In this document: piece after piece, positions 54,626 through 64,000 of the stretch
Layout of the letters: every line of letters begins with the position of its first letter
How positions within the stretch are numbered: the first letter of the stretch is position 1
Assembly (NCBI RefSeq): GCF_006345805.1
Contig: NC_043011.1
Span: forward strand, 48,434,464-48,498,463
Length of the DNA: 64,000 nt
Reading direction: 5' to 3'
From: Octopus sinensis
Taxonomy: Eukaryota
Program-made: the position numbers and the translations under genes
The notes under the pieces: model-generated
Databases searched by the model: none
The model's input: the letters and a program-made list of their open reading frames with translations, nothing else
Told to the model about the DNA's origin: nothing

Positions 54626-55087
54626 TTTGTTGCTGGGTAGAACTGGGTGAGGCAGACAGTAGCTGCTTCTGTGCAAATAAACAGATCGAGGTCAGAAACG
54701 TGAACAGTCAGTGTTAGGGTACATATGTGCTTCTATCTGTTATTTCACTCGCCTTTCTCTTCCTATCTATTCATGCAAATATTGTTCTTTCAACGAGATT
54801 CGCTAATCTAGTTAAAGATTGGATTCCCCGAGCAATATGCATTAAGTCTGTTGCTGGGTAGAAGAAGAGATCAGTCGGAGAGACTTGTACACTTAGTTAT
54901 GGCTATATAAAAGATCTATGCATTAGCCATAGTTTCCATCAAGCATGAGAGAATGCAATTCAAACTCATACAAGTTCAAATGTTATTAAGAAAAATAGTT
55001 TTCATAATATCTTAATTCTTCACTGCACATTCGAATGCCCTTCTACTAAAACAGCAGATTGTTGGCGATTGGTTTTTGCTGACAGCA

Positions 55088-55425
55088 TGCATCATCATCA
55101 TTATCATCATCATCATCATCGTTTAACGTCTGATTTCCATGCTAGCATGGGTTGGACGATTTGATGGAGGACTGGCGAACCAGAGCGCTGCACCAAGCTC
55201 CAATCTTGCTCTGGCAGTGTTTCTACAGCTGGATGCCCTTCCTAATGCCAACCACTCCGTGAGTGTAGTGGGTGCTTTTACATGCCATCGGCACGAGGGC
55301 CAGTCTTGGTGGTACTGGCAACAGCTATGCTCAAATGGTGGATTTTTTATATGCCACAAGCACAGAGCCTCGCTCAAATGTTTTTCACATGCAACCAGCT
55401 GGTAAGTAAGGTGACGCTGGTAACT
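55088..55425 (-). mobile_element. RTE LINE 3' UTR fragment
   Basis: family motifs, (CAT)n tail. Confidence 0.8.
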
Positions 55426-55496
55426 CAGAACATAGCGAGAGGCCAAATGTTGCTAAGCATTTTCCTAGCATGCTAACAATTCTGCCTTCATCTAAT

Positions 55497-55497
55497 G

Positions 55498-55549
<52 letters not shown>

Positions 55550-55737
55550 CAACAACAACAACAATAATAATAACAACAATAATAATAATAACAACGATGA
55601 TGATGAGGAGAAGGAGGATGAGAAGAAGAAGAAGAAGAAGAAGAAGAAGAAGAATAGAAGAGGAAGAAGAAGAAGAAGAAGAAGAAGAAATAGAAGAGGA
55701 AGAAGAAGAAGAAGAAGAAGAAGAACAACAACAACAA

Positions 55738-55768
<31 letters not shown>

Positions 55769-55770
55769 AG
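55497..55770. repeat. (AAT)n-(AAC)n-(GAA)n-(AAC)n compound trinucleotide tract
   Basis: direct reading. Confidence 0.97.
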
Positions 55771-56032
55771 GATAAAGATCCTTCCTGAGTTATATAGACT
55801 CATAGGTTCAGTTTCCCAGTTTCTGTGGTGTATATATTCCATATATTCCAGCCACACCTGGATGGGATACCAGTCCACTGTGGCATGACTCAACTAAGTG
55901 GACCGGAGCAATGTGAAATGAAGTGTTTTGCTCAAGAACAATTCACATCAGCTGCTCCAGAAATGAAAGCCACAATCTTATGGCCATGAGTTTCAACACC
56001 CTAACCACTAAGCCTCTCTAACAATGACAGCA

Positions 56033-56105
<73 letters not shown>

Positions 56106-56322
56106 GGTTATTGTTTACAGTGCTCAGGTGCACTATGACTGTGTGATCAAAAGCAGTTGTAATTGGAATAATCTTACAAGTCTGCAGAAACTTCAAACTA
56201 ATCAGGAACGAGATGGGATAAGGAAACATTTTTGTCTAAGATGTTTGCCACTTATTCGTGTATGTATTATACGAGAATATAATTTCGATAATAACAATAA
56301 CAAAAACAACAACAACAACAAC

Positions 56323-56363
<41 letters not shown>

Positions 56364-56432
56364 TTTAATAAAGATTATAATTTAATAAAGATTATAGCAA
56401 TTGAATCAATTTATTAAATATATATATATATA

Positions 56433-56669
56433 GTAGGAGCACTCCATCGGTTATGACGATGAGGGTCCCAGCTGATACGATCAACGGAACAGCTTGCTCG
56501 TGGAATTAACGTGCAAGTGGCTGAGCATTCCACAGACACGTGTACCCTTAACGTAGTTCTCAAGGAGATTCAGCGTGACACAGAGTGTGACAAGGCTGGC
56601 CCCTTGAAATACAGGTACAACAGAAACAGGAAGAAAGAGTGAGAGAAAGTTGTGGTGAAAGAGTACAGC
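56433..56669 (-). mobile_element. SINE family D 3' part
   Basis: reverse complement of ~11720-11956. Confidence 0.8.
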
Positions 56670-57271
56670 ATAGAAATTGATAGAAATTTCACTGATAATT
56701 CTAGCAAATTAACCATGCTGAGGGCTGTGCCCCACTTTGTTCAATCATTTAATTTATTACTGCTGTATTCCTTAGTCAACTATCAGATCTTTGATCTTCA
56801 ACTAGCAGATTGTGACTATCCCATGTATCTGTGTATGAGGGACCACCTTGTCCAATATATCCTTTATCTAAGACAGCAAGGTGTAATTAGAAAGAGATCT
56901 GGTTGGTAAGTTGGGAAGGCTGAATTATTGCTTGAGGCTCCTCTCCTCATTGGCTCGAGTAATTTATAAGAATCTTAAGTTGGTATTTACAATGTAACCA
57001 GGGCAGAGACAGATGGTTATTAAAATCACATGACCCTTCATGTAATAAAATTTCTGTTTGAAACACTCATGTAAAAATACAGATTTCAAATTTTGGCACA
57101 AGGCCAGTAATTTCAGAGGAGGGGGGATAAGTCAATTACAATGACCCCGGTGCTCAACTGGTACTTATTTTAGTGACTCTCGAAGGATGAAAGGCAAAGT
57201 TGACCTCGGCAGAATTTGAACTCAGAACATAAACGCAAACAAAATGCCACTAGGCATTTTACATGATGTTT

Positions 57272-57660
57272 ATTCTTTTACTTGTTTCAGTCATTTGACT
57301 GTGGCCATGCTGGATCACCATCTTTAGTTGAGCAAATCAACCCCAGGACTTATTCTTTGTAAGCCTATTACTTATTGTATCGTTCTCTATTGTTGAACCG
57401 CTAGGTTACGGGGATGTAAACACATCAGCATCGGTTGTCAAGCGATGTTGGAGGGGGGGGGGGCAAACACAGACACACAAACACATGCACACACACACAT
57501 GTATATACATATATACGATCGGCTTCTTTCAGTTTCTCTCTACCAAATCCACTCACAAGGTTTTCGTTAGCCCGAGGCTGCCATGCTGTAGTGTCATGCT
57601 GTGGGACTGAACCCAGTACCATGTGGTTGGTAAGCAAGCTACTTACCACACAGCCACTCC
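57272..57660 (-). mobile_element. SINE family A
   Basis: family motifs. Confidence 0.85.
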
Positions 57661-58122
57661 TGTGCCTTCTGCCAGCTTGCCACCCTATCACTGAAATACA
57701 AACAGCTTGATTTGATTGCTATACAGGTGCGGGTGCCATGTAAAATGCATTTGTGATAGCACTGCATAGATACCCCCATGTCGGTGGCACATAAAATGCA
57801 CCCAGCACATTCAGTAAAGTGGTTGGCATTAGGAAGGGCATCCAGACATAAGACCCATCCACAACAGACAATTGAAGTCTGGACAGCTCCCCGGCTGCCC
57901 AGCTGCTGTCAAACCGTCCAAACCATGCCAGCATGGAAAATGGAGGTTAAACGATAATACGGAAAAGACATTATTTTAATGAACCGAAATGAGGAGAGGC
58001 AAGGTCAACCTTGGCAGAATTTGAACTGAGAATGTAAGGATGGACAAAATGATGCAAAGCATTTTGCCTGGCATGCTAACAATTCTGTCAGCACACTGCC
58101 TTAACAATGATGATGAGGATGA

Positions 58123-58154
<32 letters not shown>

Positions 58155-58719
58155 ATAAGGAGAGACACGCTTTTTTAACATGTATTCAGTTAATGCACTG
58201 TGAGATGATGATGATGATGGCAGTGGTGGTGATGATGATGGTGATAGTGGTGGCAGTGGTGGTGATAAGGAGAGACATGTCTTTTAATCTATGTTCAGTT
58301 AATACACTGTGAGATGATGATGATGATGATGGCGATGATAATGGTGGTGGTGGGGTGATGATGATGATGATGATTATGATTATGATGATGATGGTGGTGG
58401 TGGTGGTGGTGGTGGGGATGATGATGATGATGATGGCGATGGTGATGATAAGGAGAGATGTTTTTTAACCTAATGCCTTCTGAGGAAGAATAAGTTTTTT
58501 GACATGTTTCGGAAAGCTGTTCCAAAAAAACATCAGTACTCATCTCTTGGGACCTGCCTCAAATATCAGGACACACCTGTCCTAACAAGCACACAAAAAC
58601 TGTCTTTATTTTGGAATTTTTGTTATAAATAATTGATTCATTCCTTTGCAAAACAAATATTAAATATTTATCACTATTAACAAGCATCATATTGTTTCTG
58701 AAGAGATTACTGTTAGATC

Positions 58720-58771
58720 TTATGAAACAACACAGCAGCTGCGGTACCGCTTCATAAGATCTGGCAATAAT
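58720..58771 (-). CDS. probable terminal coding exon of a CAAX-prenylated protein: (x)LLPDLMKRYRSCCVVS*
   Basis: ~40-nt polypyrimidine tract plus TGCAG acceptor at 58772-58815; phase 2 frame ends in basic residues, CC and CVVS-stop; AATAAA at 58605-58610 followed by a U/GU-rich element. Confidence 0.55.
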
Positions 58772-60088
58772 CTGCAAAAAAAAAAAAAGAAAGAAAAAAA
58801 AAGAAAAAAAGAGAAGATTGTAATAGAAATTCCCTATGGCTAATTTTGTGATATTTGAAACAATGAAAACCTTTTCATAAAAACACAATTTGAATGGGAG
58901 GAAGTTTGATCGATGTTTCTGTGACTTTATTTGTGGAATTAGGTAAAACGATTCGCAAACTGAAATAATACAGATACAGATATACTCAGGCACATGTGCA
59001 ATATTCACATACATGCACAGGGATACACAATCATTGAAACATGGATAAAGAATAAGATACAGAAACAGACTAAGAAAGTCAGATATACATACACAACGAT
59101 ACACATATTCACACTGACCAACCATATAAACAAAGAAACACACGTATACAGACTGACATACATATACACACACACACCTATCCATTCATCCATCCATTCA
59201 TACATACATACATACAAACATATATATACACACACATATATATACATGCACATATACATGCAAATCAATGTTTTGTTGTAGAAACAATAGTAGCAACAAA
59301 TCTTTTGTTTTTGTTTCTTTTTTGTCAATTCAGTGAGAAAGAAGAGATGGAGAAAAAGGATAGAAAGAGGGAAAAACAAACTGAATTTCTTTTTTTTTTT
59401 TTATTATTATTTTTCTAAATGGTCTCAGAGACAAAATGGAATTAAAATGTTCTTTCATCTTGATTTTGTAGAGTAAAATAAATAATAATAAAAAATAACA
59501 TCACGAAACAGGAAAAAGAAAATAAATACATAAAAAATTTGTCTCACAAAAAATTAAAATAAATAAAAGAATTTGTTAAACAAAAAAATTAAAATAAATA
59601 AAAAATTTAACAAAAAAAGCTATAAAATTAAACAAAACATTAAAAAACCCTTAAGATTCAGTAGTTTTCTCACATGTGATTTGCTGAAGTTTCTGTTATT
59701 TTGTTATTGTTTTCACACTTTAAACATTCCATTTAAGTGTTCAAAATAGAATATTTTGGGTTTTGAAATTAGTTTTAGATTTTGTATTATGCATAGTTAA
59801 ATTAATACAAAAGAATAAAATAAAAGAGCGAAAAAATAAATATTATTCAGAGGAATAATGACAATAATAAAAATATTTAAATATAAGGAAGAGCATTTAT
59901 TTTATTATTTTTGGTTTTATTTCTTTATTTCCTGCCCTGACTTTCTTCTGAACACATTTTTTACCATTTGGCTATTAGACTATATTGATGATAATAATAA
60001 TGATAATAATAATAATAATAATAATAATTATTATTATTATTATTATTATTATATTATTATTATTATTACTATTATTATTATTTGAAAG

Positions 60089-60251
60089 GAACTGATTAAA
60101 GGAACCCTAGAAAAAGAGAACAAGAGCACTATACTGGCAGCACACGAACTGGAGGGTCAACCTGAGAATTGAGCAAGTGTCTCTGCGGTGCCACATCTGC
60201 AATAGAGTGGATGAAATCATTGCCCATATCACGAATGAATGCCCTAGACTT
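60089..60251 (+). mobile_element. degraded R4/Dong-like (RLE-type) LINE fragment
   Basis: LIKGTLEKENKSTILAAHE, then after a frameshift RCHICNRVDEIIAHITNECPRL (C-x2-C-x8-H-x4-C knuckle typical of RLE LINEs). Confidence 0.6.
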
Positions 60252-60299
60252 ATTTACATTATTTACATTTGACGGATATTTGTGCTCATCTTGTTTGTT

Positions 60300-60345
60300 A
60301 AGACAACGTTTCAGCTGATATACTCTCCAGCTTTCATCAGGTTTC
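60300..60345 (-). ncRNA. minimal type I hammerhead-like motif with intact core
   Basis: GAAAC-CTGATGA-A-AGCTG(GAGAGTATAT)CAGCT-GAA-ACGT-T-GTCTT; 5-bp stem II, weak stem I with one mismatch. Confidence 0.6.
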
Positions 60346-60543
60346 TTGGAGAAATTTCAAACCTGGGTTCTCATTCCTAAGGTATTTTTCAATATTATTA
60401 TTGTTATTATCATCATTATTATTTTTCAGGTCACTGCCTGGAATTGAACTCAGAATCGTAGGGTTAGTAGCCCGCACACTTAACCAGTGGTTATGAGTGT
60501 GGGCTACTAACCTCAAGATCACAAGTTTGTTTCCAGGCAGTGA

Positions 60544-60549
<6 letters not shown>

Positions 60550-60633
<84 letters not shown>

Positions 60634-60730
60634 TAATAATAATAATGATGATAATCATAATAATAATGATAATAATAATAATAACAATAATAATAATAAT
60701 GATAATTATAATAATGATGATGATAATAAT
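60550..60730. repeat. (AAT)n microsatellite
   Basis: direct reading. Confidence 0.97.
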
Positions 60731-61257
60731 GGTTTCAAAATTTGCAACAAGGGACAGCAATTTTGAGGTAGGGGACTAGTCAATTACATTGACCCCAGTG
60801 TGTAACTGGTATTTATTTAATCAACCCTGAAAGGATGAAAGACAAAGTCGACCTTGGTGGAATTTGAACTCAGAACATAATAACAAAGCATTTCATCCAA
60901 CATGCTAACAATTCTGCCCGCTCACTGTTTTTTTAATAATAATAATAATAATAATAATATAATAATAATAATAATAATAAACTTTTCAAGCTTGAAGAAA
61001 TAAAAATCTAACAGAAACAGCAATAATGGACCCAATGCATCAGGGACAGGGCAAATCCAAAATATGAAACAGATATATCAAGCAAAAAATCGAAGTAGAT
61101 TTACACCAAGTAAAAAGCTGACATTGATAGTAATAGTGATGATACACGAAGAAATAGGTAATAAATAGTTATAACAATATAGAACAAAAGAACTAACAGA
61201 AAGAATCCCCAACGTAGAATAGGGAGAGAGTAACTACACTGGATAATTTGAGACACC

Positions 61258-61491
61258 TATTTCTTTACTACCCACAAGGGGCTAAACACAGAGAGGACAA
61301 ACAAGGACAGACAAACGGATTAAGTCGATTACATCGACCCAGTGCGTAACTGGTACTTAATTTATCGACCCCGAAAGGATGAAAGGCAAAGTCGACCTCG
61401 GCGGAATTTGAACTCAGAACGTAACAGCAGACGAAATACCGCTAAGCATTTCGCCCGGCATGCTAACGATTCCGCCAGCTCGCCGCCCTTT
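61258..61491 (-). mobile_element. young SINE family C copy with a 12-bp target duplication
   Basis: ATTTGAGACACC at 61246-61257 and 61492-61503; CpGs retained. Confidence 0.9.
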
Positions 61492-61503
61492 ATTTGAGAC
61501 ACC

Positions 61504-61775
61504 ATTCACCATTCACCATTCCGAAAAGCTCTATCTGCGACGATTTCATCTCAGTCAAAGTAGAGGGGCTTTCTCCGTCCGGATTGCAGATCCGTGGAAT
61601 AAGCTGCCGGATGACATAGTGAAGATGCTGACGACCGCTCGGTTCAGAGTCTCCCTTGACCACAAATGGCCTGAACTCTATGCATGAACACCACCCTGTA
61701 CATAACTCCATATCCCCCTACATGGCCTTGCTTTTTGCTTTTTGAGCCAAAAAATTAACTTAACTTAACTTAACA
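61504..61775 (+). mobile_element. CR1-clade LINE 3' end
   Basis: KLYLRRFHLSQSRGAFSVRIADPWNKLPDDIV...FRVSLD matches the CR1 ORF2 C-terminal pattern (FS.R....WN.LP..V....FK..LD); (AACTT)n tail. Confidence 0.8.
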
Positions 61776-62465
61776 CAATCCTGGTTAATAAGAAACAGGT
61801 TTTAAACTTGAAACAAAAAAGATTTCTAAATATGATATAAGAAAAGTAAAAATTTTGACAACAAAAATTTAGTGTATTTTATTATTTTTTTTCAATAAAG
61901 ACCTAAATAATGATAATAACAATAGCAATAATAATGATGATGATGATGATGATGATGATAATAGCGTTAATAATTATAGTAGTAGTAATCATAATAATGA
62001 TGATGTTTGATAATGATAAAAAGAAAAATCTAGATGGAAATGGCTTCCACACTTATTACATGTGGGCGGTTCCAAAAGAACAAGTCTTTAACTAAAGAAG
62101 CAAATAAAAAAGAATATCTTTAAGACTAAAATCTTATTTCATTAAAAGAAGAGCGCGGGGGTGGTGGAGGTGGAAGCCACATTTTTAGTGAGTTATTCTG
62201 TTTATGGTTCTTTAGCAACTTTCTACAGAAAAAGACAAAAACCAAAAGGATAAAAAAAAAAAGACAAGAATTTCTTTAACTGCATTGATTTAACTCTCTA
62301 TTCACAAATTTTGGATTTAGAGTTTGTTATCATCATCATCATCATGGTTATCTTCATCATTAATGTGGAGCTGATAAAATTAAAGATTTAAAACTCAGTC
62401 AAGCACGAGGATCAATATAATTGACTATATCCTCCCACTATATCTGAAGTTATGAACCTATGTTA

Positions 62466-62524
<59 letters not shown>

Positions 62525-62595
62525 CATCATTATTATTATTATTATTATTACCATCATTATTATCATTATTATTATTATTAATTATTATTAAAGGT

Positions 62596-62985
62596 GAAGG
62601 AGTGGCTGTGTGGTAAGTAGCTTGCTTACCAACCACATGGTTCTGGGTTGAGTCCTACTGCATGGCACCTTGGGCAAGTGTCTTCTACTCTAGCCTCAGG
62701 CCGACCAAAGCTTTGTGAGTGGATTTGGTAGACGGAAACTGAAAGAAGCTCATCGTATATATGTATACATATATATATATGTATGTATGTGTGTGTACAA
62801 CAGGCTTCTTTATCCCTCCAGCATTGCTTGACAACCGATGCTTGTGTGTTTACATCCCTGTGGCTTAGCTGTTCGGCAAAAGAGAATGATAGAAAAAGTA
62901 CTAGGCTTACAAAGTCCTGGGGTCGATTTGCTCGACTAAAGGCAGTGCTCCAGCATGGCCGCAGACTGAACGAAGTAAAAGACTA
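62596..62985 (+). mobile_element. SINE family A, full length
   Basis: family motifs. Confidence 0.88.
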
Positions 62986-63184
62986 AGATGGTGAGCTGTT
63001 TGTTTAATTTTCGTTTGTTATTATTTGTTCACATGCTGTAAAACCCATTCTATTGTCCCATTTTTGTCTTTTATGTTGTTGCATGTCTTTTAATGTTATT
63101 GTATGTGAGCCCTTGTGGTTCAAACCCAGAAGAAATGCCTCTAAATATTTTGTCCAGAACAATAGTGATTCTGCCAGCTTACCT

Positions 63185-63362
63185 TTCACTCTCTTACTCT
63201 TCTATTTTTCTCAGTCATTTGACTGTAGCCATGCTGGAGCACTCCAGGACTTATTCTTTGTAAGCCTAGTACTTATTCTATAGGCTTCTCTAAGTTATGG
63301 GGATATAAACACACCAACATCAGTTGTCATGTCGTGACAGGGGGACAAATACAGACACACAA

Positions 63363-63424
<62 letters not shown>

Positions 63425-63600
63425 ATATATATATATATGTATTGGACTTCTTTCAGTTTCTGTCTACCGAATTCACTCACAAGACATTGGTCAGCCCAAG
63501 GCTATAGTAGAAGACACTTGTCCAAGGTGCCACGCAGTGGGACTGAACCTGTGACCATGTGATTGATAAGCAAGCTACTTATCACACAGCCACCCTTGCA
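63185..63600 (-). mobile_element. SINE family A
   Basis: family motifs. Confidence 0.85.
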
Positions 63601-63784
63601 CATATATTAGAAACAATTAATATTGATATTTTCGAATCAAATTCAGTCAAGGTCGACTTTGCCTTTCATTCTCTTGAGGTCAACTAAAACAAGTACCAGT
63701 TGAGTACTGGGGTCAATGTAATTGACTTAACCCCTCCACCAAACTTGCTGGCCTTGAGACAAAATTTGAAATAAATATTGATAT

Positions 63785-64000
63785 AAAAGCACCCATGCAG
63801 TACCATGTAAAAGCACACATGTGGTGCCATGTGAAATTCCCCGTGCAACGTCACATAAAAACATTCATGTAGTTCCACATAAAAGCACTTGTGCAGTACC
63901 ATGTAAAAATACCCACATGGCCCCCACATTAAAAAAGCACCTATGCAGTGCCATGTAGAAGCACCCAGCACACTCTGTAAAGTGGTTGGTGTTAGGATGT
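63785..64000 (+). mobile_element. RTE 3' UTR variant with a ~24-bp degenerate tandem repeat, cut by the window end
   Basis: unit AAAAGCACCCATGCAGTACCATGT about x7, then the family motif GTGGTTGG(T)GTTAGGA. Confidence 0.7.

Noticed and set aside
58130-58470. Repeated GATAAGGAGAGAC...CTGTGAGATG unit among GAT/GGT tracts
   Set aside because: Consistent with ordinary slippage duplication between microsatellites; no further structure.

Overview
AT-rich eukaryotic DNA, intronic or intergenic in character. The repeat families look like those of an octopod (Octopus) genome; this is inferred from repeat recognition, not from a search. Most of the window is interspersed repeats and microsatellites: at least three tRNA-derived SINE families, about 13 3' fragments of an RTE-clade LINE, CR1 and R4/Dong-like LINE fragments, and Tc1/mariner, hAT, piggyBac-like and Mutator/Merlin-like non-autonomous DNA transposons. 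One tRNA-Arg(CCT) pseudogene is present. Nearly all ORFs in the supplied track are artefacts of microsatellites or repeats, and no gene could be named. Main observations: (1) nine type I hammerhead-ribozyme-like motifs from about five short repeat families, mostly embedded in (TA)n or (TAT)n tracts, each with a palindromic stem III of the kind described for Penelope-like elements; three keep an intact canonical core and one carries a U3-A8 covariant. (2) A probable minus-strand terminal coding exon ending in a CAAX box (KRYRSCCVVS*), folded into a 22-bp hairpin that covers the stop codon. (3) A ~250-bp near-perfect inverted duplication. (4) A consensus recursive-splice-like site. Repeat boundaries are approximate, read by eye.
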